A stretch of 64,000 nucleotides of DNA from a virus (lineage: Duplodnaviria; Heunggongvirae; Uroviricota; Caudoviricetes). Below, piece by piece: positions 16,505 to 25,590 of the stretch (position 1 is the stretch's first letter; the number at the start of each line of letters is the position of its first letter). Position numbers and translations under genes: made by a program. The stretch is taken from the IMG/VR virus record IMGVR_UViG_3300029705_006930; one strand, written 5' to 3'. Below the pieces are notes generated by a model that saw only the letters and a list, made by a program, of their open reading frames with translations, ran no database searches and was not told the origin of the DNA.

Positions 16505-17860
16505 ATGGTTTATATCACATATCCAGCACCTAACAAATTTCATCAGATTACATTTGAAGAAATGATGTCGGGCAATGTTAATACAGATAAATTAAGAATT
16601 TTAGGCGGACATAATACGCTTACTTTGCATCTTAACGATGTACCTGCAAACTTAAAAGGTCAGACTTCTGTACGCAAAATGATTGCAGATTTGCAGTATT
16701 TTGTAGGTGTATATTATGACACACTGATGCCACAGATAAAAGAATTTGAGAAGCTTTCAGATGCTCAGCGTCGCAGCGTCAAACAGCGTGACAAGATTGA
16801 AAATTATTTTGAACAGATGGGCGCAACTGCAAATGATGAAGACTTGCAGAAAATCACTGAACAGGTAGATGCGCTGCAGTGTGAAGTTGCAGAACAGCAG
16901 TATAAATATGCTTACTATACATTCGATTTGCGCAAAAGTTCAGCGCCGGAACACATTCCATTGTGGCGACTGCCAAAAGAATACAGACGTACAATCAATG
17001 CTCCGAACATACATCTTAAAAATGCGCTATATGAACTTAAAGAACTGTTTGAAAATATGATGATACGTACATATCATACTGCATCATTTGCGTATGTTAA
17101 ACATCGTGGAACTTTGGATGCTGTAAAACGTCATCAGAGCTGGGAAAGCAAATGGTTTGCAAAGTTTGACTTTTCAGATTTCTTTGGTAGCACAACAATT
17201 GACTTTGTTATGCAACAGTTCTCTCAAATATATCCGTTTAATATGATTTGTGCATATAAAGATGGTAAAGAAGCTCTTTATAAAGCATTGCAGTTGTGTT
17301 TTTTGGACGGTGGACTTCCACAGGGCACACCTATTAGTCCTCTCATCACAAACATAATGATGATACCATTTGACCACGCAATGTCAAAAGCTCTTAAAGA
17401 ATTTAAATATCCAAACAAACACGGTAGTGAACGTTTTGTGTATACAAGATATGCTGATGACCTGCTTATCAGTTGCCGTGTGGATTTTAAAGTGGAAATT
17501 ATTCAGGCATTTATTCTGGAAACTTTAAAATCAATGAATGCGCCTTTTAGCCTTAACGTTAAGAAAACTCGTTACGGTTCTAGTGCAGGTAGCAACTGGA
17601 ATCTTGGGGTGATGCTTAACAAAGACAATAAAATTACAATCGGTGCAGAAAACAAGCGCAGACTTAAAGCTTCTTTGAATTCATTTATCCTTGATATGAA
17701 GAATGAAAAACCTTGGGATATTTCTATGGTGTATAGACTCAGAGGTCAGATTTCTTATTATCGTAATGTGGAAAGGGAAGCAACAAATAACATCATTGCA
17801 GCGATGAACACAAAATATGGTGTTGATGCAGAAGCAATGATGAAATCTATTATAAGTTAA
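16505..17860 (+). CDS. reverse transcriptase (retron/DGR/UG-Abi clade)
   Basis: GATAGGGAGG RBS; motif 1-2 region YYTFDLRKSS...RRTINAPNIHLKNALYEL; motif A FDFSDFFGS (DFFxS type); motif B' LPQGTPISPLITNI; motif C YTRYADDLLIS. ~130-aa N-terminal extension. Confidence 0.8.
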   Translation: MVYITYPAPNKFHQITFEEMMSGNVNTDKLRILGGHNTLTLHLNDVPANLKGQTSVRKMIADLQYFVGVYYDTLMPQIKEFEKLSDAQRRSVKQRDKIENYFEQMGATANDEDLQKITEQVDALQCEVAEQQYKYAYYTFDLRKSSAPEHIPLWRLPKEYRRTINAPNIHLKNALYELKELFENMMIRTYHTASFAYVKHRGTLDAVKRHQSWESKWFAKFDFSDFFGSTTIDFVMQQFSQIYPFNMICAYKDGKEALYKALQLCFLDGGLPQGTPISPLITNIMMIPFDHAMSKALKEFKYPNKHGSERFVYTRYADDLLISCRVDFKVEIIQAFILETLKSMNAPFSLNVKKTRYGSSAGSNWNLGVMLNKDNKITIGAENKRRLKASLNSFILDMKNEKPWDISMVYRLRGQISYYRNVEREATNNIIAAMNTKYGVDAEAMMKSIIS

Positions 17861-17872
17861 TTTAATTTTTAT

Positions 17873-18150
17873 ATATTGAATATCACAGTCATTGTGAAGT
17901 GTTGATGTTATCGGCACTAACGAAATGGTAAGAAAGTATGGCAGGAAGGCCCGCAGGTTCATGATGAAGACGCGTGCGAGCTTACAGCTCCAGCATAAAA
18001 ATTAGAAATGCTGGTACAATGAAAAGGAAGAAAATCATGAACGAAAGCCATACTTTCCAACATCCACAAAACCACGAATTTAAAACGCTTCATTACTCCG
18101 CGACCCTCCGCCAGGAGGGCCCGGGCGCGGTAAAGCGTCAAATAAATAAT
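17873..18150 (+). ncRNA. candidate structured ncRNA unit B, downstream of RT
   Basis: TATTGAATATCACAGTCATTGT, TTGATGTTATCGGCA, GAAATGGTAAGAAAG (17925) homologous to unit A. Ends with GC-rich compound hairpin CCGCG-ACCCTCCGCCAGGAGGG-CCCGGGCGCGG (18097-18129) and box ATTGAGAATA (18148). Confidence 0.3.
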
Positions 18151-18167
18151 TGAGAATATATAAAAAA

Positions 18168-18350
18168 ACTTTATTGAATATCTTTAAATTTGTACATAAA
18201 TTTAAGAACTGTTGCTGTTAGCAGCAGTGTCAAACGAACAGGATAAATAAAGAAATACAAATTTCTTTATTTAAATAACTTCTTAGCGTCGTAAGGCGCG
18301 ATGCTCCGACATCGCTCATGACGACGCCAAAGTTATTGAGAATAAAGTTA
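18168..18350 (+). repeat. degenerate partial copy of the ncRNA unit
   Basis: TATTGAATATC (18171), TTGCTGTTAGCAGCAG (18210), GC-rich hairpin GCGTCGT...ACGACGC (18285-18326), box ATTGAGAATA (18334). Confidence 0.25.
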
Positions 18351-18397
18351 AAAAAATAATAAGAAAAATAAACAGTGTATATTTGCATAGCAAAGCT

Positions 18398-18760
18398 ATT
18401 GATGTAATCAGTAGTACAGAAATGGTAGGAAAGATTACACGGGACGGTGTCGCCGGTGAGGAGCCACCTCCTTTGCAAACCCCTGCAATATTTCTAAAAC
18501 CTAATTAAAACTATGTCCGAATGGTCAAACATAACAGGAGGACTGAGAAACATCACCTGAAGGATACCAACTGAACCCCCAGTTCAGATGACACGACAGC
18601 TGGAGAAATCTAGACCCATGGGATGGTGATTCAACATTAAATTACAATTCAGACTGTTTATTGCTTTATAGTTTTTGCCAAGCTACGAAAACTCCAAATA
18701 ATGAGTAGTGTGTGACATAAAAGCCAAGCCTCGTCAACTCCCTTTCGGGGCTTGGTAAAG
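18398..18760 (+). ncRNA. candidate structured ncRNA unit C
   Basis: TTGATGTAATCAG...GAAATGGTAGGAAAG (18420), AACAGGAGGACTG (18532), CTGAAC-CCCCA-GTTCAG hairpin (18570-18590), terminal hairpin GCCAAGCC...GGCTTGG (18722-18757). Confidence 0.3.
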
Positions 18761-18797
18761 ACTATAAAACAAACAATTTAAGTAAAGGAGAATATAT

Positions 18798-19187
18798 ATG
18801 ACAAAAGCAGAAAAAGCAGCTGGCAGGCTGTTAAGAAGAATGAATAAAGAATACTTGGGTGAGGTAGAAGCATTGATAAAAATGTGTCGACAGCCTAAAG
18901 TTGACCTTTCTGAAATCAGTATTCAGTCCTACAAAGTAACAGTTTTGGCAGAGCTCAAAGACGAATTTTTTGCAATCAAAATGACAGAAGATGAAATGGA
19001 GTATATTTATGACCTCTATGCTTGTCTTGATGCTCCTTTGAATTATTTGTGGGAATGTTGGCGTGATGATGAAGGCTATAACATTTCTGACTCCATTGGT
19101 GATTTAGTTTCTGATATTATAAGCCAGGATATCGAATGTATTTCAGAAGATAACTTAATCGAGGTGAATATGGATGAGACTGAATGA
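18798..19187 (+). CDS. hypothetical protein
   Basis: AAGTAAAGGAGAATATATATG RBS; 129 aa; acidic. Confidence 0.45.
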   Translation: MTKAEKAAGRLLRRMNKEYLGEVEALIKMCRQPKVDLSEISIQSYKVTVLAELKDEFFAIKMTEDEMEYIYDLYACLDAPLNYLWECWRDDEGYNISDSIGDLVSDIISQDIECISEDNLIEVNMDETE

Positions 19188-19416
19188 TAAACTCACAATT
19201 TATTTAGACAATGGCAATAAATTGGTTGCTGAATTATATAATCATGCAGGTATAGAAAAAGAAATCTCCGTACATATTGAAAACGCTTCAGGTGTATGTA
19301 TTCAAGATATTTGCACCGTAAAAGCAGTAGAAGAAATTGAATGTTTAGTATGGGGAGATGAAAATTCTGAAGATTATACAGACGAGTTCTATATACCGCT
19401 TTATAAGGAGGTCTAG
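19174..19416 (+). CDS. hypothetical protein
   Basis: GAGGTGA RBS; overlaps upstream stop; 80 aa. Confidence 0.4.
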   Translation: MRLNDKLTIYLDNGNKLVAELYNHAGIEKEISVHIENASGVCIQDICTVKAVEEIECLVWGDENSEDYTDEFYIPLYKEV

Positions 19417-19418
19417 CT

Positions 19419-19832
19419 ATGATTTCAGATGAATATAGGCGTAGAACAACAGCCGAATTGCTAAATATGGCATCATCAGTGTGGAACAATATGGACACAT
19501 TTTTAAAAACAGTAGATGATTTTCAATATGATTGGATGAAAAATACGCAAATAAATGTATTTGCGCTTGAATTTATGGAACCAATCATGGTTTATGACGG
19601 TTTTTGTATTATGCGTGATAGAACCTATCGCGATTATTATTACATAAGCGAAGATAAAATCGTTAAAGTTATTCCTGAACATATTTTGGCATCAGCTCCA
19701 GATACCGAATACTATGATGAAAATAATAAATTGATTGATACTGAACAGTTGTTGCAGCTACACGACAGTGATGTTTGTGGTGAGACAGATGATTGCCAGT
19801 ATTATGTATGGTTCAGTGAGGTATCACAATGA
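19419..19832 (+). CDS. hypothetical protein
   Basis: AGGAGGTCTAGCT RBS; 137 aa. Confidence 0.45.
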   Translation: MISDEYRRRTTAELLNMASSVWNNMDTFLKTVDDFQYDWMKNTQINVFALEFMEPIMVYDGFCIMRDRTYRDYYYISEDKIVKVIPEHILASAPDTEYYDENNKLIDTEQLLQLHDSDVCGETDDCQYYVWFSEVSQ

Positions 19833-19916
19833 GTACAACTAATGTAATTGCTGGACTGGTCGCAGTCGGACTGGTCTTGTTTCAAAGTATGAAAAGTATT
19901 GCGGAGGATGAAGAAA

Positions 19917-20294
19917 ATGAAGAAAATTAATTATGATGTTGCATTGCAGATGCGTAATGAAGGCATAACATATGCTGCAATTGCAGAGATGTTTGGAGTA
20001 TCAAAACAGGCCGTACAGCAATTATTGTCAAGGTCTAAGTTTGACCCAAATGATATGCATTCACGCCACAGAAAAGAATTGTTTGAAAGATGTGTTTTCC
20101 CCGGGTTGGCCAGTGCTATAAAAGAACGCTTTCCCAGTATTTCTGATTTTAGCCGTGCATCCGGCATTCCATATACAACTTTATACTATATTTTTATAGG
20201 CAATGTTGAACCGCGTACTTCAACAATCAATGCATTGTGTCAATATTTGGGAAAAACATATGAAGAACTTTTTACAAAGGAAGTGAATGTATGA
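19917..20294 (+). CDS. HTH DNA-binding protein
   Basis: GGAGG then ATG 9 nt downstream (third in-frame ATG of ORF 19899); ITYAAIAEMFGVSKQAVQQLLSRSK helix-turn-helix. Confidence 0.45.
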   Translation: MKKINYDVALQMRNEGITYAAIAEMFGVSKQAVQQLLSRSKFDPNDMHSRHRKELFERCVFPGLASAIKERFPSISDFSRASGIPYTTLYYIFIGNVEPRTSTINALCQYLGKTYEELFTKEVNV

Positions 20295-20626
20295 GGTTGA
20301 CAGAACAGACCCCAATAGAAGTTGCGCAGGCATTAAAAAATGCAGACATATCAATTATATATGGTTTAGCGGACGGTATTATGGCAGAAGCAGCTCGCGA
20401 ATATCGTAAAGCGCGAATAATAGTAGAGAGTAAGGCTGTTGTACTTGACAGTGAATTAAAGCGAGCAAAGAAAAAAATTGCAGCTCTGGACAGGTTTTTC
20501 AATTCAAATCGAGCAGTTGTTCTGTGTCGTGAAGAAAAAACCAGGGATTATATTGTATCAAAACTGAGGGCAGAAACGGTTTCAGAGATGCGTGAAAACT
20601 TATATACATATAAAAATAACAATTAA
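20291..20626 (+). CDS. hypothetical protein
   Basis: ATGA overlap with upstream gene; 111 aa. Confidence 0.4.
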   Translation: MRLTEQTPIEVAQALKNADISIIYGLADGIMAEAAREYRKARIIVESKAVVLDSELKRAKKKIAALDRFFNSNRAVVLCREEKTRDYIVSKLRAETVSEMRENLYTYKNNN

Positions 20627-20643
20627 AAAATTAGGAGGACAGT

Positions 20644-20883
20644 ATGGACGGATTAGTTAATATTATGCAAACAGACCTTGAACAGATTCCAACAGGAACA
20701 CTTATTGCATTTGGAAAAGAGTGCTGGAACAAGCGTTACTGTTCAAACTGTCCTCTTGATAAGTATTGCAGAGTCACCAACTGCGTAATGTTTCAGGATT
20801 CCTTTATGGGGTGTGATGATGTGTTGCGTATTGAATTGGCTAACAGACTTGAAAAATATCTTGGAAAGGAGACAAACATATGA
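20644..20883 (+). CDS. hypothetical Cys-containing protein
   Basis: TTAGGAGGACAGT RBS; CWNKRYCSNCPLDKYC. Confidence 0.4.
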   Translation: MDGLVNIMQTDLEQIPTGTLIAFGKECWNKRYCSNCPLDKYCRVTNCVMFQDSFMGCDDVLRIELANRLEKYLGKETNI

Positions 20884-21314
20884 GATACGAAGAGTGGAAC
20901 AATAAAAAGCAGAAAGCATTTGATGCACTTCCGATTAAATTTGCATTCAGTGAAGAACAGTTTGACCGTGTGTTGAGCGAGTTCGGATTGACAAGAGATA
21001 ATTGTGCTGAATATTTGGCTCGCATTACAGGTAATGGCTTTATGCTTAAAAAAGATGTGCATTTGCTGGGCGAAGTTAGTCAGCAGTATGAAGAAGAACT
21101 TAAAGAATTATTGAAGGATGATGTTTTCGTAGTTGATATGTTCGTCTACGAAATGAAAAATCACGAATATCAGTATACAGAAGAAGATGAGGAAATCACA
21201 GATGCGTGTGGAATAGGCTATGAGCAGTTTAAAGCAGATAAGCGTTTGCGGAAGTTGTTTGCAGAAGCTCGTACACAGTTTTGGAAATTCTGTGCTGATA
21301 ATGATTGGTTTTAA
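20880..21314 (+). CDS. hypothetical protein
   Basis: ATGA overlap; 144 aa. Confidence 0.45.
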   Translation: MRYEEWNNKKQKAFDALPIKFAFSEEQFDRVLSEFGLTRDNCAEYLARITGNGFMLKKDVHLLGEVSQQYEEELKELLKDDVFVVDMFVYEMKNHEYQYTEEDEEITDACGIGYEQFKADKRLRKLFAEARTQFWKFCADNDWF

Positions 21315-21326
21315 GGAGGACAGGCT

Positions 21327-21506
21327 ATGTACGATAAATATGTTGTTAAATATGTTGTAACAACTTTTGATAAAGAGGGCCAGGAATTATTTGAAAGATA
21401 TCATACAAATGAAGAGACTGCTGTTAAAGAAGCTAAGGCTGCTTTAGCATTAGGTCTTAGAGCTAAAATTATTCAGCATAGTGAACTGACTGGTTGGGAG
21501 GAATGA
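21327..21506 (+). CDS. small hypothetical protein (59 aa)
   Basis: AAGGAGGACAGGCT RBS; fills the gap between annotated ORFs; stop overlaps the next start. Confidence 0.35.
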   Translation: MYDKYVVKYVVTTFDKEGQELFERYHTNEETAVKEAKAALALGLRAKIIQHSELTGWEE

Positions 21507-21703
21507 ATGTGAAGTATTTAATTACAGCCATGTATAACGGTCATGAAGTATTTTCGGCAGACCTCACATTTGTTCCACGTCAACATGAACAGTTGAAAAT
21601 TGGAAGAAATTTGTTTGTTATAAGACATGTTCGTTATCACATAGAAGAAGGAACATCATTGTCAACAATGGCCGTAACTTTATATTTAGAGAAGGTTGCA
21701 TAG
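21503..21703 (+). CDS. small hypothetical protein
   Basis: TTGGGAGGA RBS then ATG (MNVKYL...). Confidence 0.4.
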   Translation: MNVKYLITAMYNGHEVFSADLTFVPRQHEQLKIGRNLFVIRHVRYHIEEGTSLSTMAVTLYLEKVA

Positions 21704-21715
21704 GGAGAATCATAT

Positions 21716-21895
21716 ATGAAATACGGAATATATACTGAAAATGGCTCAGGCCAAGAATTTTCTACAAAGGAAGCCATTCTTAAAGAAATTAGTCTTATGA
21801 TTGATGACTGTATCACAAACGGTGGTACACAGTTTGATATTGAGGTGTATGCTAATGCTTCATGTTTCAATACAGATGAGGAGGAAGAACAATGA
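21716..21895 (+). CDS. small hypothetical protein (59 aa)
   Basis: AGGGAGAATCATAT RBS; stop overlaps the start at 21892. Confidence 0.35.
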   Translation: MKYGIYTENGSGQEFSTKEAILKEISLMIDDCITNGGTQFDIEVYANASCFNTDEEEEQ

Positions 21896-22242
21896 AATTT
21901 TATTTTGACGTAAAAGAAACACACACAAAAACAATTGCTATTGAAGCAGACAATCTTGCTGATGCAGAGAAACGAGTGCGCAATGCATATCAGTATAGAG
22001 AATTTGAAATTGATTATGACATAGCTGATGATGTACAGTTCATTTGTGTTGAAGAGGATGATATTTTCGAGGAAGAAAATGTTGAACACTTTGATTGTCA
22101 CAACGTCATTTATGACGAAGATGATGATTCTTATGTGTGTCCTATTTGCAGCACATATATTTGCTGCGGAGATACTATCAAAGATATGGACTGTTCATTA
22201 CCAAGCTATTGCGATACTTGCGGTGCTAAACTGCATTATTAA
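21892..22242 (+). CDS. hypothetical protein with C-terminal zinc-ribbon
   Basis: CPICSTYICCGD...CDTCGAKLHY. Confidence 0.45.
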   Translation: MKFYFDVKETHTKTIAIEADNLADAEKRVRNAYQYREFEIDYDIADDVQFICVEEDDIFEEENVEHFDCHNVIYDEDDDSYVCPICSTYICCGDTIKDMDCSLPSYCDTCGAKLHY

Positions 22243-22268
22243 CATCTATGTCTGGACGGAGGTTTATT

Positions 22269-22457
22269 ATGAATAAAATCATTATTATCGAAGTTACAGA
22301 ACAACCTGATGAACAAAAATACTGGAGTTATCCTTTGGAAGAAATTCCATATTTAATGGCCGAAATTAAAAACGGAGATAGAGATAATAATTATATTTTC
22401 CACCTGTATGAAGGCAGACTTTATGAAACAGAGGAAACACATATAGGGTGGCCTTGA
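22269..22457 (+). CDS. small hypothetical protein
   Basis: GGACGGAGG RBS before internal ATG. Confidence 0.4.
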   Translation: MNKIIIIEVTEQPDEQKYWSYPLEEIPYLMAEIKNGDRDNNYIFHLYEGRLYETEETHIGWP

Positions 22458-22487
22458 TATAAAAATGTAATTTTATGAGGTGGTAAT

Positions 22488-22772
22488 ATGAACGAAGAAA
22501 TTAAGCAATACACTATTGAAGATGCCTATACTGATAATACTGAAATAAAAATGTATGAAAAAGGTAAGTTGGTTGATAGAAAGATTATTTCTAATTGGAA
22601 ATTATATGCTTATCTCGAAAGGTTGATAGATGAAGGTTATCAGCAAGCATATGATGTAAAAAAATATGAAAAAGCCGTTCAGAAAGCGAAAGAATCTCTT
22701 ATGCAAGCTGAACTGGAACTTGAAATGGCAAGAGCTAATAAATTATATAGTGAAGAAGAATTGGCTGAATAA
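22488..22772 (+). CDS. hypothetical coiled-coil protein
   Basis: GAGGTGGTAAT RBS; 94 aa. Confidence 0.4.
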   Translation: MNEEIKQYTIEDAYTDNTEIKMYEKGKLVDRKIISNWKLYAYLERLIDEGYQQAYDVKKYEKAVQKAKESLMQAELELEMARANKLYSEEELAE

Positions 22773-22798
22773 ATGATAACTTTTACAGGTACAGATAT

Positions 22799-23164
22799 AT
22801 GAAAATTTATTTTGAAGATGGCGAATTAAAACATCATACACAAATTCCGTTTGAAGTGGATGTGGTAGTGCAAGCAAGTCGTGGTGTAACACAGAACATA
22901 AAAATGTTGGATGCGTTTGCTGAACATTCGTATGACGCAACGGTTTATACCAATTCAATTTTTGCATTTAATAATATATATGCTTGGAATGAAGAACTTG
23001 GAGTGCCGGAAATTTATATTCGTGAAGCTGACAATATGGTATTTACACGTATTGATAGATTAACCAATAGAAAGCTTAAACAAGGACATAATCTTGCAAA
23101 AATGTATGTTGCAGGAGAATTTGATAATGGTGTTGTAGATAAATTTAATCATATAAAAGAGTGA
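22799..23164 (+). CDS. hypothetical protein
   Basis: 121 aa ORF; co-directional; weak RBS. Confidence 0.35.
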   Translation: MKIYFEDGELKHHTQIPFEVDVVVQASRGVTQNIKMLDAFAEHSYDATVYTNSIFAFNNIYAWNEELGVPEIYIREADNMVFTRIDRLTNRKLKQGHNLAKMYVAGEFDNGVVDKFNHIKE

Positions 23165-23206
23165 ATTTAAGAGGATATTAGAAAAAATATGTAGGGAGGA
23201 TTAATT

Positions 23207-23395
23207 ATGTCGCTTACTGAAATGAAAAGAGAAATCCTATTTAAATATCATAAAGATATAAATTACTGGTGGAAGTTGCTTGGCGAAATGTTTGAAGGGA
23301 CTGATGGGTTTACAAAAGAATATACAATTAAACGCACCCTTGATGGTTCAACTTGTCACATAACATGGAATAATTATAGCTGGACTATTGAATAA
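23207..23395 (+). CDS. small hypothetical protein
   Basis: GTAGGGAGGATTAATT RBS. Confidence 0.4.
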   Translation: MSLTEMKREILFKYHKDINYWWKLLGEMFEGTDGFTKEYTIKRTLDGSTCHITWNNYSWTIE

Positions 23396-23422
23396 ACAAG
23401 TGATAGTTGATGAGGTGATATT

Positions 23423-23593
23423 ATGGGCATACAGAAAAAATATCGTATGTATTACGCAAATATAAATAATGGTCGAGAATTTTACATTGAAGTAAATAAC
23501 TCTGCCGATATTCAAAAAGCTTTGAATAAAAGACCAGAGTATCTTGCTGACCCGGACAGCTGGGAATGCATTGACCAGGAAGAAATAAAATAA
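23423..23593 (+). CDS. small hypothetical protein (56 aa)
   Basis: GATGAGGTGATATT RBS; below ORF-track size cutoff. Confidence 0.3.
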   Translation: MGIQKKYRMYYANINNGREFYIEVNNSADIQKALNKRPEYLADPDSWECIDQEEIK

Positions 23594-23647
23594 CTGAGGT
23601 TTTTATGTTCAGTACAGATATCATATTGCAATGAAGTAGGTGATTTT

Positions 23648-24100
23648 ATGGATTATTACAAACAGATTACATTTGATGAATTTAATCGTCTTAAAGAAGG
23701 CGATGTTGTCTATGTCAAATGCGGTAATCAATTTTTCAAAAGCAAAATAGTCAGCGAACCATTTTTTAACTTTGGTACAGAAGAACCAGATTGGGAAGTA
23801 GAAACTACAAATGGTTTTTGTGACCAATACAGCTTGTACAACCCTTGTACATATACCATTTACACCCGCGACGAAGCAGCGCGTATTGTCGAACTTTTTG
23901 ATAATATTCTCTGTGAACATAACATCAAAGTTCCAAGCCCTGAAGATGCTGAACGTGAACCGGACAACAATGCTGCACTTTACGGCACAGTATACAGCGC
24001 CCTGCTGGATGATGTCGAACTTGCTCTAACCGAGATTATCTCACAGGCAAGGCGTGATGATGTCGGTGTTATTCCACACGAGTTTTCAGGAGATTTTTAA
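23648..24100 (+). CDS. hypothetical protein
   Basis: GTAGGTGATTTT RBS; 150 aa. Confidence 0.45.
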   Translation: MDYYKQITFDEFNRLKEGDVVYVKCGNQFFKSKIVSEPFFNFGTEEPDWEVETTNGFCDQYSLYNPCTYTIYTRDEAARIVELFDNILCEHNIKVPSPEDAEREPDNNAALYGTVYSALLDDVELALTEIISQARRDDVGVIPHEFSGDF

Positions 24101-24114
24101 ACAAGGAGACAATA

Positions 24115-24222
24115 ATGACAAAAATCATCATAACAGGTGTTGCAATTTTTATCATTGGTATTCTGATTGGTGCCTACGCAACAGTTAAAGCAGTGAATCA
24201 AATACACTTGGAGGACAGGTAA
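24115..24222 (+). CDS. very small membrane peptide (35 aa)
   Basis: CAAGGAGACAATA RBS; one hydrophobic helix IIITGVAIFIIGILIGAYA. Confidence 0.3.
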   Translation: MTKIIITGVAIFIIGILIGAYATVKAVNQIHLEDR

Positions 24223-24224
24223 TT

Positions 24225-24536
24225 ATGAAGATATGGGTTGATGATATAAGACCTGCCCCAGAAGGATATGTATGGTGCAAAAGTGTAAACGAAGCAAAGA
24301 TAGTTATAAAACATCCTGACTTATACGCAACTAGAAGACAAAGGAATATTGAAGTTATAGATACAGACCATGACGCTGGGGCATATGCTTATGACGGAGG
24401 AGACTACATTAAACTTTTAGATTGGTTAGAGGAAACAAATAGGAATTATCCAATCAGAATTCACAGTATGAATCCTGTCGGAGTTGCAAATATGAGAGCC
24501 ATTATTCAGAAAAATGGTTGGAAGGAGATTTTATAA
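24225..24536 (+). CDS. hypothetical protein
   Basis: GGAGGACAGGTAATT RBS; 103 aa. Confidence 0.45.
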   Translation: MKIWVDDIRPAPEGYVWCKSVNEAKIVIKHPDLYATRRQRNIEVIDTDHDAGAYAYDGGDYIKLLDWLEETNRNYPIRIHSMNPVGVANMRAIIQKNGWKEIL

Positions 24537-24871
24537 TGTTACAAGCCAAAGAAATCTATGAAAATGCCTTAGCCCTTAATCCGAAATCAAATCCTGATAA
24601 ACCATATAAAGAGAGTTATGTCGTTGATATGATAAATCAGGTTTTAGAACAATCACAGAGATACAATCAGCGTATAAGGACACTAAAGAGAAAAGATGAA
24701 CAACCGGGCGTGCCATATATTAAAGGCATACATAACGAGATTGATTTTGAAATCGAATTTTATGCCCCATTGAGTTATGGTCTAGCAGCATTGATTGCAG
24801 AAGACCTTGGCGATACGCGTCTTGGGCTATTGTATCAAAAACAATTTATGACTTTGCTTACGATGTTTTAA
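24536..24871 (+). CDS. hypothetical protein
   Basis: GGAAGGAGATTTTATA RBS before internal ATG. Confidence 0.4.
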   Translation: MLQAKEIYENALALNPKSNPDKPYKESYVVDMINQVLEQSQRYNQRIRTLKRKDEQPGVPYIKGIHNEIDFEIEFYAPLSYGLAALIAEDLGDTRLGLLYQKQFMTLLTMF

Positions 24872-24908
24872 AATTTGTCACACAATAAAAAATGAAAGGG
24901 AGATTTAT

Positions 24909-25262
24909 ATGCAAGAGGTTAGATTTTTACTTGATTTTTATGTGCCTTTTAACAGGTGGAAAATAGCTTTGATGAATGTTCCCGAAGAACAATATAAAAT
25001 CAATCCAGGTTTAGGAATATCTCTTACACAGTTTGCATATGATGAACACTTGTCCGAAGGTGGTAATCATTATGAATTTGCGTGTCAGGTGCCAAAGCGA
25101 TTTTATAGATTGCTTAGATTACATCCGGATTGGGAGCCTGTAGATGCTGTAGAACTTGCGAGAATGCTTGAAGGTTATATTAAAGCTGATTGGTCTATTG
25201 AATATAATCCTCCAATTATTACATATGAAACAAGCTTTGAGGAACTGATGGGAGGAGTTTAG
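24909..25262 (+). CDS. C-terminal-motif family member 1 (tail ...TYETSFEELMGGV)
   Basis: AAAGGGAGATTTATATG RBS; conserved C-terminal acidic/hydrophobic motif followed by GG. Confidence 0.5.
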   Translation: MQEVRFLLDFYVPFNRWKIALMNVPEEQYKINPGLGISLTQFAYDEHLSEGGNHYEFACQVPKRFYRLLRLHPDWEPVDAVELARMLEGYIKADWSIEYNPPIITYETSFEELMGGV

Positions 25263-25263
25263 T

Positions 25264-25590
25264 ATGGAAGAAATGAGTTCAACCAGACTAGCCATTACTC
25301 CGCTGATTGACAAAACACGATATGGATGCGGAGTTGTAGGTGCAGGATATCCATGCGAAATTACATCAGATGCCGTTGAATTTATTAGTAGCATAGCAAC
25401 AGAAACATATACGACGGGAACAGGCCGTGTGGATTATACAATATCACATCCAGCATCCATATATAATGATGTCGTCTCTGAAGGAAGATGTTTGACACAA
25501 GCAGTGTTAGATTATATTTTTAATCATGTATTAATCCAAGGTATTGATTATGAAATGAATTTTGAAGAACTTATGAAAGGAGAGCCATAA
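25264..25590 (+). CDS. C-terminal-motif family member 2 (tail ...DYEMNFEELMKGEP)
   Basis: GGGAGGAGTTTAGT RBS; abuts upstream stop. Confidence 0.5.
   Translation: MEEMSSTRLAITPLIDKTRYGCGVVGAGYPCEITSDAVEFISSIATETYTTGTGRVDYTISHPASIYNDVVSEGRCLTQAVLDYIFNHVLIQGIDYEMNFEELMKGEP

Noticed and set aside
16175-18797. Diversity-generating retroelement (TR/VR pair) around the RT
   Set aside because: No pair of long near-identical repeats differing at adenines was seen by eye, no Avd-like gene is present, and no target gene with a C-terminal VR could be found. The repeated units are multi-box structured elements, not TR/VR.
16175-18797. Group II intron with the RT as intron-encoded maturase
   Set aside because: The RT has the DFFxS-type motif A and N-terminal extension of the retron/DGR/UG clade and lacks X/En domains. 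I could not find a GUGYG 5' end or a domain V consensus in the flanks.
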